Of a stretch of 64,000 nucleotides of DNA, positions 46,376-55,790 are shown piece after piece (position 1 is the stretch's first letter; each line of letters begins with the position of its first letter). The stretch spans positions 1 to 64,000 of IMG/VR virus record IMGVR_UViG_3300018080_000003; one strand, 5' to 3'. Position numbers and translations under genes: made by a program. Source of the stretch: a virus. Below the pieces are notes generated by a model. The model ran no database searches, had not been told where the DNA came from, and saw nothing but the letters and a program-made list of their open reading frames with translations.

Positions 46376-47749
46376 ATGTACGGCCTTGGTGTTCCCCCCA
46401 GTGAGACACTGGAAGACCTGAGAGAGCTTCAGGACTTCAAGTTCCCGTCGCCGCCGGAGAAGATGCAGGGCGTGATTGATGGGATCGATGCGGTCGTGCC
46501 CATCAAGAACATCAACTTGGATGTGGGCGGCATCATCAACCCTCCTGTTGCGAATCTGGTCACGGGTGTTCAGACGACCATCGAGAGCGCCACGGGGATG
46601 GGGTTCGGTCAGCTCGTCTCGCTGGCGGACAACGTCTACGGGCTCGCAAACGCGGCGAACACGGGGCAGTTCTTCATGGCGCTGAATCAGCTCATGAACG
46701 GAGCGCTGGACCTGGCGGCAGAGGCGAACGCGCAGGTCGCAGCGGCTGTGGAGTCGTTCCAGTCCATTCCTTACTTCGGGATGATCATGGATGCGATGCT
46801 GGGCTTCATCAGCGATGTGTTGAAGTCTCAGGCGCGGTACGCGGGAGCTACGGCGAAGTGCCAGCAGCGTGTGGACCAGAAGATGAACAACTTCTGCAGC
46901 ACGCTCTCTCGGCAGTCAACGCCTCGTCCGACGGGTCCGAAGGGGCAGACGCCTGCGGACATGTTCCGTCCCTTGGCGGTGAAGTACCAGCAGGGGAGCC
47001 GGAAGTACCCGGCGAACGTCTCTACGATGTACCTGCTCTTGTGCGGGGAGGAGACGCAGGGCTTTGGCTTCCCGCGCGGCCACAAGTTCCCTTCGGGGGT
47101 TCGGATTCAGATCCCTCAGGACACGCAGCGTCGAATGTGGCGTGTGATCCAAGGGCTGATGAAGCAGGCGAAGAACCCGTCGATCACAGCTGCTTTCTCT
47201 GAGCTGAGTGACGGGGATGACGGCTACAGCTTGATGCCCATCTTGCAGGACGTCGTCTACAACGAGTGGATGGCGGGCCGCCTGACGCGGAACACGCTGA
47301 ACTACCTCTCCGACTACGCGTTGAACTGGACCTACCACTACGAGGAGTGTCCAGATCTGACGAGGGGAGAGATCGGAGCCGGCGGCAAGCCTGCGGGTGG
47401 CGGAAGCTGCACTTCGCGTATCAACCTTGCCGAGGCTTTCGAGAAGTCGATCCAGACGTACAAGAATCAGCTTCGAGCGTATTACTGGGACCCGGTTCGA
47501 AACACGTGGAAGAATCCTCGCGGGGTCAAGTACAACATCAGCGGTGGTATTGCGAAGAACGCAAAGGCCAAGGGGCTCCTGACGCTGACTCCGAACGCCA
47601 TCAAGCAGTTGGAGCAGACGCAGAAGTCTCGCGGTGGCGTCGCCCCGCTTGCCCACCTGTCGGATGATCAGCGCAAGGCAGCGATCGCGACTACGGCTGT
47701 CGTGCTAGGAGGAGGAAGCTTCTTCTTGGCGCGGCGTCTTGCGAAGTGA
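46376..47749 (+). CDS. large tail-anchored protein
   Basis: MYGLG; amphipathic helical N-half; TM + RRLAK. Confidence 0.75.
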   Translation: MYGLGVPPSETLEDLRELQDFKFPSPPEKMQGVIDGIDAVVPIKNINLDVGGIINPPVANLVTGVQTTIESATGMGFGQLVSLADNVYGLANAANTGQFFMALNQLMNGALDLAAEANAQVAAAVESFQSIPYFGMIMDAMLGFISDVLKSQARYAGATAKCQQRVDQKMNNFCSTLSRQSTPRPTGPKGQTPADMFRPLAVKYQQGSRKYPANVSTMYLLLCGEETQGFGFPRGHKFPSGVRIQIPQDTQRRMWRVIQGLMKQAKNPSITAAFSELSDGDDGYSLMPILQDVVYNEWMAGRLTRNTLNYLSDYALNWTYHYEECPDLTRGEIGAGGKPAGGGSCTSRINLAEAFEKSIQTYKNQLRAYYWDPVRNTWKNPRGVKYNISGGIAKNAKAKGLLTLTPNAIKQLEQTQKSRGGVAPLAHLSDDQRKAAIATTAVVLGGGSFFLARRLAK

Positions 47750-47758
47750 GCCGCTGGC

Positions 47759-47965
47759 TCAGTCTTCTTCCTCTTCATGTACGACGATGTACTCGCAGTT
47801 CTTCTCTTTCCCTCCGACGATGCCGAGGAAGACGGAGACCGAGCGTTCGCACTTGCGCACCTTCAGGCCCTCAGGGGTCTGGACGGCGTGTGTGATGTAG
47901 GGCCCGACGGTCGTCGTGCAGCCAGTGACAGATAGCAGAATGATGGTGATGATGATGCTCTTCAT
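47759..47965 (-). CDS. small lipoprotein
   Basis: MKSIIITIILLSVTGC signal peptide with lipobox. Confidence 0.65.
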   Translation of the reverse strand: MKSIIITIILLSVTGCTTTVGPYITHAVQTPEGLKVRKCERSVSVFLGIVGGKEKNCEYIVVHEEEED

Positions 47966-47974
47966 GGTGATCTC

Positions 47975-48358
47975 ATGTTGACGACGGTTGCTTGTGTTCT
48001 GGCCAGAAGGGCCGACGGAAGTGTGTTGGCGGTTTCACGCCCAGACCCACCCCTTCGCTTCGGGTTGCCTGGTGGCGAGGTTGAGCCTGGAGAGTCTTGG
48101 GAGCAGGCAGCTCGTCGAGAGCTGTTCGAGGAGACGGGCATGCATGTCGCGGGTCCGCTGGTGAAGCTCTACGACACCATCACCGAGACGGGCGCTCATG
48201 TCATCACCTTTGAGGCGCCTCGCGTCTTCGGTGATATGCGGAGCAGCCCTGAGGGTTTGGCAGCTTGGGTGCCGGCTGTGACGCTGATTGCTGGCGACAA
48301 GGCGGCCTACCCTGAGCACACGCGTCGGGTCTTCACCATTGCTGGGGTTCGCGTCTAG
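47975..48358 (+). CDS. NUDIX hydrolase
   Basis: GGEVEPGESWEQAARRELFEETG Nudix box. Confidence 0.9.
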   Translation: MLTTVACVLARRADGSVLAVSRPDPPLRFGLPGGEVEPGESWEQAARRELFEETGMHVAGPLVKLYDTITETGAHVITFEAPRVFGDMRSSPEGLAAWVPAVTLIAGDKAAYPEHTRRVFTIAGVRV

Positions 48359-48398
48359 CACGTTACAGCCGTAACACGCATCGCCGCCCGGAACAAGA

Positions 48399-48413
48399 GG
48401 TAGACTTTCTACC
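48399..48413. promoter_or_regulatory. palindromic operator (copy 3)
   Basis: GGTAGACTTTCTACC upstream of 48437. Confidence 0.65.
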
Positions 48414-48436
48414 GTTACCGTGGCAACCTCTTCGAC

Positions 48437-49108
48437 ATGGCCGAACAAGAAGCCTCCGAAGGGGAGTTGAAGAAGGCTGAGGCTCCGAAGGTGCCTGAAG
48501 CTTTTGTTCGAGGTGGTACCTCCACGATGAAGAGCGAGGCGCTCTACGAGCAGCGCTTCCAGGAGGCGGAAAAGAGACGCGACGCGCAGGCGAACGAAGA
48601 GGGCGACGCTGTTCGAGTCAAGGGCTTCTCTGACCAGAAGAAGTCCGATCTAGCCTCCGCAGAGGCCATTAACGAGGCGACAGCCAAGGGCACCGGGACG
48701 CTTTTCCAGAACCAGTTCACGCGGCATCCGGAGATCCCAAAGGCTTACATCCTGCTCAAGTACTGCGACAGTCGTGGCGAGCAGATCAAGTTTCAGGGTG
48801 ACCCCGTCTTCTGCCAAGCAGACCTCATCGTGGGCATGGACCCTCTCTTCCCTGAGGAGCTGAGTCTCATCCTCGTCTGTCCTCGATGTGTCCAGCATGG
48901 TCAGAAGCATCTCCAGGACTGCCAGATGACGATCCGTCAGAGGAACCGAAACTTCGAGTTTCGTTCCGGGATGGGTCCTCCGACTTTCATCTTTCAGGGC
49001 CGCACGTTTCGATCTGCCGGCATGATCGTCGAGTCTGAGTCCTTCCGTTGCCCCGACTGCAACTGGAAGGCTCGCATCAGCAAGAACATGGTGCTTCCGG
49101 ATCGATGA
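48437..49108 (+). CDS. zinc-ribbon protein
   Basis: CPRC and CPDC pairs. Confidence 0.65.
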   Translation: MAEQEASEGELKKAEAPKVPEAFVRGGTSTMKSEALYEQRFQEAEKRRDAQANEEGDAVRVKGFSDQKKSDLASAEAINEATAKGTGTLFQNQFTRHPEIPKAYILLKYCDSRGEQIKFQGDPVFCQADLIVGMDPLFPEELSLILVCPRCVQHGQKHLQDCQMTIRQRNRNFEFRSGMGPPTFIFQGRTFRSAGMIVESESFRCPDCNWKARISKNMVLPDR

Positions 49109-49251
49109 TGGAAGACTTTCTCGACATGGGCCTCGTCACTTTCTTGGTATGTGTCGTCTTCTTCTTCGGAAGTTGTGCCACACATTGTGGCTGGCGAGCT
49201 GGCGACGCGTTCTCTGACTTCGCCGAGAGGCTATACTTGAAGAGTGAGTAG
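49105..49251 (+). CDS. small membrane protein
   Basis: ATGA overlap; hydrophobic. Confidence 0.45.
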   Translation: MMEDFLDMGLVTFLVCVVFFFGSCATHCGWRAGDAFSDFAERLYLKSE

Positions 49252-49519
49252 TGAAGACGCCCTTCCGGGCTCCGCGTCGTTCCAGGTTGGGAACGACACT
49301 TACATCGTCTGGGTTCCTTCTGTCACCGCGCTGCGGTCGATACGCCCGACGAGCTTCAATCCTCAAGGGGAGACTGCAATCTATTCTGGTCCGACTGAGA
49401 TGATGATCTTGCCCCTCCCGATAGGGGAGGTGGCCGCGAAGATCGAAAAAGAGCGAAAGGGGTACTTGGAATGGCGAATGAAGCTGAAGAAGCGGGTGAA
49501 GGCTGGGCAAAGCAGCTAG
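49244..49519 (+). CDS. hypothetical protein
   Basis: Operon-packed ORF. Confidence 0.5.
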   Translation: MSSEDALPGSASFQVGNDTYIVWVPSVTALRSIRPTSFNPQGETAIYSGPTEMMILPLPIGEVAAKIEKERKGYLEWRMKLKKRVKAGQSS

Positions 49520-50805
49520 CTGGCTACCATGGCGCGTACAACGCGTCAGATCAAGATCGAGCCTTTCACCCGAGCACTCGTGCAGCTGAGCACGAGAAGG
49601 GTGTTGCTTTCATCTGTCCGTGGGAGGATCCCTACTCGGGGTTCGCGGAGCATTCTCGCCGCCTCGCTCGTGCTCTCAACGACGCGGGGCTTCCCACGCA
49701 CATGCGCTCGCTCGATGCGAGCATGCAGATGCACACCCAGTTCGAGCTGGGCGGCAAGGACAAAGTCGACCTGCGTGAGCAGTACCACGACCTGCTCGAC
49801 AAGAGCATCAAACATCTGATGGTCAGCGTCTACCATCTCGTCCCCGACGATGCTGAGCTTCAGGTTCTGACGACACACCGTCATCTGACGCCGGAGCAGC
49901 TGGAGTGGGCGAACAGCTACAAGATCATCTCGACGGTCTGGGAGCGGGATCGGATCAGCCCGGCTGCGACTCAGGCGTTGAACCGCGTGGGACAGGTCTG
50001 GACGGCGACGTCGCAGCACGCAGAAATGCTGGCGGAGTGCGGTGTGAACTCCGACAAGATCAAAGTCGTCCCGCTCCCCTATTCGAAGATCGATCCCATC
50101 TTCGACTTGCGAGGCCGCAAGCGCATGAAGGGCGTCCCTCGTTTCTACCATATAGGAAAGTGGGAGCCGCGGAAGGCCCAGCACGAGATGCTGGGTTGTT
50201 TCCTCCGCGCCTTCGAGCCTGGTGAAGCGAAGTTTTACCTGAAGACGAGCGAGACGTCGCCGGACTTCGGAGACTACCCGCGCAGCCCTGATGCGTCGAT
50301 CGAGCGCTGGCTGACGAAGGAGGGCCTCTCCGGCAAGTGGTCGTTGGATCAGGTCAACCAGAACATCCACGTCATCAAGAAACGGATCAGCCCAGAACAG
50401 ATCTTCCAGCTGCATCGGATGGGGGACATCTACTTGTCGCTCAGCCGTGGTGAAGGCTGGGACATGCCCGCCTACGACGCGAAGCTTGCGGGCAATCTCC
50501 TGGTCTGGACGGCAAGCGGTGGCCCGCAGGAGTACGCAGGACAGGACAGCTTCTTCGTGGACTCCCTCGGCACTCAGCCGGCTCATCCTTTCTACAAGTG
50601 GGACGACGCAGAGTACCTCAGCTGGGACTACGTTCACGCGGTCAAACAGATGCAGAAGGCGGCAGGAGAGGTCAACTCGACGCTGAAGCCGCCTGACCTT
50701 CCACCTCTCTCTGACTTCGATCGCTTCAGCCCAGAGTGCGTTGGTCAGCTGATGAAGTCGTTCATCGAAGAGCTGGTCGAGCAGAATGAGGAGCGGTGGT
50801 CATGA
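49471..50805 (+). CDS. glycosyltransferase, GT-B/GT4
   Basis: FYHIGKWEPRK; SLSRGEGWDMPAYDA (ExxxxxxxE-like motif). Confidence 0.85.
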   Translation: MANEAEEAGEGWAKQLAGYHGAYNASDQDRAFHPSTRAAEHEKGVAFICPWEDPYSGFAEHSRRLARALNDAGLPTHMRSLDASMQMHTQFELGGKDKVDLREQYHDLLDKSIKHLMVSVYHLVPDDAELQVLTTHRHLTPEQLEWANSYKIISTVWERDRISPAATQALNRVGQVWTATSQHAEMLAECGVNSDKIKVVPLPYSKIDPIFDLRGRKRMKGVPRFYHIGKWEPRKAQHEMLGCFLRAFEPGEAKFYLKTSETSPDFGDYPRSPDASIERWLTKEGLSGKWSLDQVNQNIHVIKKRISPEQIFQLHRMGDIYLSLSRGEGWDMPAYDAKLAGNLLVWTASGGPQEYAGQDSFFVDSLGTQPAHPFYKWDDAEYLSWDYVHAVKQMQKAAGEVNSTLKPPDLPPLSDFDRFSPECVGQLMKSFIEELVEQNEERWS

Positions 50806-51113
50806 TGTGGGTTGTATCTTTTGCAGTTTCTGAGGACAACGTCGTCTTGATGGGCACCTTCTCCGAGCGGCTTGAAGCTAAGCGGTTTGGCGAGAGGGTC
50901 GCCAGGCGACAGGGCTACAAGGGCGAGCTGTCTTGGCATGATGGCTCCGAGACGTTCTGGTTCGAAGAGCCAGGACTCGAAGGCGGCTTCTTCATCACGC
51001 AGCCCGTCTCCAGACTCACCCATGAAGGCAAGAAGGCACAAATCGACATCAGTCGACCTAGCTTCGAGAAGGTGTTCGATCTGATGGAGGAAGAAGAATG
51101 CCAAACCGCGTAG
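50802..51113 (+). CDS. hypothetical protein
   Basis: ATGA overlap. Confidence 0.55.
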   Translation: MMWVVSFAVSEDNVVLMGTFSERLEAKRFGERVARRQGYKGELSWHDGSETFWFEEPGLEGGFFITQPVSRLTHEGKKAQIDISRPSFEKVFDLMEEEECQTA

Positions 51114-54100
51114 GCATCGTCACCGTCGCTGATAGTCGCAAGGGGCTGTGGCGCGACATGGAAGTCCTTAGCTGGGCCGTCAGCATGCCGCCCCCCAGGG
51201 CGGAAGGCCAGCGTGCTCAAGGTTTGAGCGTCTTCTGTGCGAAGATGAGTGACCGCGTCTCCCCTTCGGTGGTGAACAGCTTGCCGGAGGGCGGTAGCGC
51301 GGGGGCACCCCTGTTCCAGGGCACCTTCGAAGCGTTTGCACAGACATGTGATGTGGTGGTCTTCTTCGAGACCTTCTACATCAACCTCGTCAAGCATCTG
51401 GTCGAGAAGGGTAAGCGCGCGATCTACGTCCCGAACCTCGACTGGGCGACCTGCTCAGACGGAGGCTCGATGGCGTGGAAACGTCAGATCAAAGAGCTTC
51501 AGAACTCGACTGACAAGTTCCAGGTCTGGGCTCGGCAGCCTTCGATTGAGCATGCGCTTTTGGAGCATGGTGTTCGGAGCGAGCATGTCCCTTGGTCGAT
51601 CCCTGATGAGATCGTTCGTGAGCCTGAGGTCAAGGCTGACGATCAGCCCTTGAAGTTCTTCGTCAACGCAGGCTTCGGAGGCCACAAGGGACGTCGCGCG
51701 GTGGACCTCGTGCTCAAGGCCTTTGCGAAGGCGAAGAAGCGCGCCCCGATGGAGCTAATCGTCAAGAGCATCAAGCCTCTCGTCGAGTACGTCGGAGATG
51801 CGATGGGTTGCATCGACGAAGACGTCGGTGTCATCGAGGGCTTTAGTCCGCGGACTCAGATCGATCAGCTGATGAAAGAGGCTGATGTTGTAGTTAGTGT
51901 CTCTCGCTGGGAGGGGTTCGGTTACGGTGTCATCGAGGCACTTCATGCGGGCAAGCCAGTGATCACACATGGTGGTTGGCCTGTTGGTGACGCGGTCACT
52001 CACAAGCACAACGGTCTCCTGGTGGAATGCGCATCTCAGGGGAAGTTCAACCTGACGCCTCACTGGGAAGCTGACGTCGACTCCATCGCCGATGCGATGG
52101 TCGAGCTTGTGACAGATCGCGATCTGTTGCGTCGTCTCACCGCACCCTGCCCGGCGGAGCTTCAGGCGCGCCAGTACGCGTTCATGCTTCGCGCTCGCGC
52201 TCTTCTCTTCGAGGAGCCTGAGCCGCGGGTCGTCATCTTTGGGAGCGAGCAGCATTTAGCTCAGCCTTCTGAGAAGTACTGGCAGATGGCGCTCGAAGCT
52301 CACGGCTATCGGGTGGACTACCAGCTGGCGAAGGGCGGCAACTACGGCGCGACTCTCGCGAAGTGGTGCGATTTCATCCTAGTGGGCAAGGCGCGCTTGG
52401 AGACGCTCAAGAAGGTCCGTGACAACAACGCACACGACGTGCCGGTGATTGTCTGGCATCACGACTACGGGACGGTTGTCAGCGAGCTTCACGACAACTT
52501 CCTCAAGTACGGCGATCTCGTCTTTGCTCCCTACGAGCAGGACGACGTGAACTATCTTCTACCGGGTCCTCGCTCGGGTGGCGACCGCGGCCGGGGCCTT
52601 CGCCGCACCTACAAGAAGCGGGCGGAGCCCGAGCATGACGTCGTGTTCATCGGTGGGGACTCCTTCGAGCGGAAGGCGATCCTCAAGCAGCTGAAGGCTG
52701 AGGTTGGCCTCGTAACGTTCGGCCCTGGGATGGCACACCCGCCTGTGTACGACGCCTCAGCTGACGACGTCTACAGCAACGCGAAGATCGCTCTCAGCCT
52801 TTCTCGCTTCAACGACACGCCTGGCTACACGAGCAACCGGCTGTTTCACGCAGCCGCGCTTGGGACGGCTGTCTTCTCGCACACATTCCCTGGTGATCGA
52901 CAGCTTTTTCCAGAGAAGCTTGCTGGCATCTTCTTCGTCCGTGGTGGCGACATGTCAGCGTCGATCCAGAAAGCGCTCATCGGCTGGGATCACCTCAAGG
53001 GACAAGCGCAGGAAGTGGAGAGCTACTGCTGGCGCCACCATTCTTGGCACGATCGGATCTACCAGATGGTCTGGCGGATCCACAAAGCCATGACGGACAT
53101 CCGAGACAAACGTCGCAAACGCAACCGGAAGAAGAAGCCGCCTCGCAACGCTCTGCAGTTCATCCCGAAAGGAAAGCCCATGGCACCCCCGAAGCCGCCT
53201 GTTGTTCAGACCCCTGACTGGAACGGACCGAAGAAGGTCAACATCGGATCTGGTCCGCGCGTCCATGCGGGCTACGAGAACATCGACGTGCGGCCGTTCC
53301 CTGGCGTGCGTCAAGTCGACTTGATGAAGGGCTTGCCGTACCCGGACAACGTTCTGCACGAGGTCCTGGCGGAGGATGTGTTGGAGCACTTCCGACCGGC
53401 GGAGCTGGTCAAGACGATCCTTCCGGAGATCTACAGAGTCCTCCGACCCGGCGGCAGACTGGTGGCGCAGATGCCCGACCTTCACGAGATGGTCAAGCAG
53501 TGGAAGCGTGGGGATGTTGACGATGAGATGATGTCGATGCGCATTCACGGTCGTCAGGACTATCCGGAGAACACGCACTACGCCTCCTACACCGAGGCGT
53601 CGATGACGAAGATCCTCAACCGCATCGGCTTTGGCACGGTGAAGCGTCTCGACACCCGGAACTGGAACATGGTGCTGGAGGCTCGCAAGGGCCCAGCGGA
53701 GGCTCCGCAGCAGAACCACCGCAAGGAGTTCAAGCCTCAGCCTGGCAAGGGCGACCAGACGGACTGGAACGCGTACTGGGAGCAGCGCTCACAGAAGATG
53801 GGACAGCTCTCGGTCACGCCGGGGAGCTGGAACGAGCTGCGTCAGCGCCAGGAGACGGACAAGCTCTTCAAGCTGATGGAGGTCGAGTGGCGCAAGCGTT
53901 CTGGCGCTGTCGTCATGGACTATGGCTGCGGCGTGGGCCGGATGTCGCGCAAGCTCCAGGAGGCGGAGGTCAAGGTCAAGGGTGTCGACGTGTCGCCGAA
54001 CATGGTGATGATCGCGCGGAAGAACGGCGTGGATGCCGATCTGATCGAAAACAAGCGCATCCCCTACGAGGACGACACCTTCGAGGGTCTCTTCGTCTGC

Positions 54101-54409
54101 ACCGTGCTGCAGCACATTCCTGACCTCGACCTCAAGGCAGCGGTGGAAGAGATCAAGCGCGTGCTCAAGCCGGGCGCTTTCATCATGCTCTTCGAGAACT
54201 GCGAGGGTCGCTACGGACGCACGTCTTCGAGTGGGCATGTCATTTTCCGTGAGCCGGGTGAGTATGCTTCTCTCTTCGAAGGGATCCAAGAGGTACTTCG
54301 CTACAACATCGAGGGCGAAGACCACGTCCTCATGTGGGGCACGCTCGCGGGCGAGCCTGAGGCGGAAGCCGAGGAGTCTGAAGGAGAGCCTGAAGAGACG
54401 GAGTCATGA
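51098..54409 (+). CDS. multidomain glycosyltransferase x2 + SAM methyltransferase x2
   Basis: SRWEGFGYGVIEALHAG (GT4); SNRLFHAAALG...HSWHDR (CgeB/YkvP-like GT); NIGSG...VLEHF...YRVLRPGG; DYGCGVG...VLQHIP...KRVLKPG. Confidence 0.85.
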   Translation: MPNRVGIVTVADSRKGLWRDMEVLSWAVSMPPPRAEGQRAQGLSVFCAKMSDRVSPSVVNSLPEGGSAGAPLFQGTFEAFAQTCDVVVFFETFYINLVKHLVEKGKRAIYVPNLDWATCSDGGSMAWKRQIKELQNSTDKFQVWARQPSIEHALLEHGVRSEHVPWSIPDEIVREPEVKADDQPLKFFVNAGFGGHKGRRAVDLVLKAFAKAKKRAPMELIVKSIKPLVEYVGDAMGCIDEDVGVIEGFSPRTQIDQLMKEADVVVSVSRWEGFGYGVIEALHAGKPVITHGGWPVGDAVTHKHNGLLVECASQGKFNLTPHWEADVDSIADAMVELVTDRDLLRRLTAPCPAELQARQYAFMLRARALLFEEPEPRVVIFGSEQHLAQPSEKYWQMALEAHGYRVDYQLAKGGNYGATLAKWCDFILVGKARLETLKKVRDNNAHDVPVIVWHHDYGTVVSELHDNFLKYGDLVFAPYEQDDVNYLLPGPRSGGDRGRGLRRTYKKRAEPEHDVVFIGGDSFERKAILKQLKAEVGLVTFGPGMAHPPVYDASADDVYSNAKIALSLSRFNDTPGYTSNRLFHAAALGTAVFSHTFPGDRQLFPEKLAGIFFVRGGDMSASIQKALIGWDHLKGQAQEVESYCWRHHSWHDRIYQMVWRIHKAMTDIRDKRRKRNRKKKPPRNALQFIPKGKPMAPPKPPVVQTPDWNGPKKVNIGSGPRVHAGYENIDVRPFPGVRQVDLMKGLPYPDNVLHEVLAEDVLEHFRPAELVKTILPEIYRVLRPGGRLVAQMPDLHEMVKQWKRGDVDDEMMSMRIHGRQDYPENTHYASYTEASMTKILNRIGFGTVKRLDTRNWNMVLEARKGPAEAPQQNHRKEFKPQPGKGDQTDWNAYWEQRSQKMGQLSVTPGSWNELRQRQETDKLFKLMEVEWRKRSGAVVMDYGCGVGRMSRKLQEAEVKVKGVDVSPNMVMIARKNGVDADLIENKRIPYEDDTFEGLFVCTVLQHIPDLDLKAAVEEIKRVLKPGAFIMLFENCEGRYGRTSSSGHVIFREPGEYASLFEGIQEVLRYNIEGEDHVLMWGTLAGEPEAEAEESEGEPEETES

Positions 54410-55140
54410 GGATTGCCGTCGCCGTTAAGAGCCACAATCCGATGGCTCACATGCGCATGCACCTTTTGGAGTCATGCATGAAGTCGGTGTACGAGGCGTT
54501 CCCTTACGATCCGTCGGGCGGGATTGTCTGTGAGAACTTCCTGTTCATGAATGGCTTCGATGACGGGAGCCAGGAGGCCCAGGAGGAGCTTGCCCAGTCC
54601 TTCGACTTCCACTGCCTTCCCATCAAGTCAACGGACGACAACTACACGCCGGGGGCGGGGGCGAACGTCATCGGTGACTTGCTCAGCTACCGTTGGCGTT
54701 CAGAGTTTCCGATCTTCGACGCGGTGGTGTTCAGCGACGATGACATGATCTGGCGCCCGCGTGCGGCTGAGATCGTAGCGCACCTCATCCTCAACAAGCC
54801 CGACAGCGTCAAGATCATCTCAGGGCTCCTGGAGCCAGACTGGGCGTGGAACAAGCCGCGCCGCACGGTCTCGACTCCGGCTGGCATCAACATGCTGGTT
54901 CGGGACAGTTGTCCGGGTGCAGGCTGGTTCTTCAGCCCAAGTGACTGGGCAGACCACATCTCACCGCACATCGAGCGGAAGTTCGGTTACGACTACGACG
55001 CTTGCGTCGAGCTGAAGAAGGCGGGTTTTGAAGTGGCTCAGGTTGATCTGGCGGAGCATGCTGGTTGGGGAGCATCGACCCATGGTAACGAAGCCATCAA
55101 CCACGGAAAGCCGCTTGATCGAAAGCGCTGGGGAGTGTGA
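54406..55140 (+). CDS. glycosyltransferase, GT-A/GT2-like
   Basis: N-terminal strand, GANV, VVFSDDD (DxD), GYD, EHAG. Confidence 0.7.
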   Translation: MRIAVAVKSHNPMAHMRMHLLESCMKSVYEAFPYDPSGGIVCENFLFMNGFDDGSQEAQEELAQSFDFHCLPIKSTDDNYTPGAGANVIGDLLSYRWRSEFPIFDAVVFSDDDMIWRPRAAEIVAHLILNKPDSVKIISGLLEPDWAWNKPRRTVSTPAGINMLVRDSCPGAGWFFSPSDWADHISPHIERKFGYDYDACVELKKAGFEVAQVDLAEHAGWGASTHGNEAINHGKPLDRKRWGV

Positions 55141-55280
55141 GCCTGAGGTCAGGTCGCGCGCCGACCAGCGGCTGATGCGCTGCGCCTGGTGCTACATTCT
55201 GCTGGCCCAGCCTCACCCATGGTACGACAAGGATACTGGGATGCTCTGGGGTCTTTGTCGTAGGTGCGTACCGGGTGGTT

Positions 55281-55289
55281 TGCTATACT
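55281..55289 (+). promoter_or_regulatory. extended -10 promoter
   Basis: TGcTATACT, 9 nt before the ATG at 55299. Confidence 0.45.
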
Positions 55290-55298
55290 ACTAGCGCC

Positions 55299-55769
55299 AT
55301 GGGCCAGTACACTTTCCAGCAGGGATTTAGCTACGTCGCAGCTTTCGACAAGCCTTGGATTGCCAGCTCGGGCATGATCAAGAGCGGCGTCGAGGACCAA
55401 GGCTTTCGGGTTGATGCCTACTACAAGTGCGAGAAGGCCCCCAACTTCCCCTTCGTCCCCCCGAGTCGCGCTCGCTGTGGCAAGGACTACGACCACGTGG
55501 CCGTGGTAACGCGGACGGCGCGAACGGAGCGAATCGATGTTCCGAAAGAGGTGAAGTGGATCGTCCAAGTTCCGAAGGCTCAGCCTTCGCCTCCGCCCAA
55601 GCCGCCTTCTGGCACGCTTCCGCAGCAGGGCCCATCGGGGCCCAACATCGCATCGTCGGCGCAGGCGCCGAACCTGTTAAAGACTCCAGGCAAGGAAACG
55701 CCGAAGTGGGTCTGGGCAGCGGCGGGCGGAGCCGGTATCATCGTGCTCTTGAAGTTGCTGGGCAAGTAG
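55299..55769 (+). CDS. tail-anchored protein
   Basis: Start MGQY at 55299; Pro linker; C-terminal TM + K. Confidence 0.7.
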   Translation: MGQYTFQQGFSYVAAFDKPWIASSGMIKSGVEDQGFRVDAYYKCEKAPNFPFVPPSRARCGKDYDHVAVVTRTARTERIDVPKEVKWIVQVPKAQPSPPPKPPSGTLPQQGPSGPNIASSAQAPNLLKTPGKETPKWVWAAAGGAGIIVLLKLLGK

Positions 55770-55790
55770 CTCTGAAGGAAGGGGGAAGAG

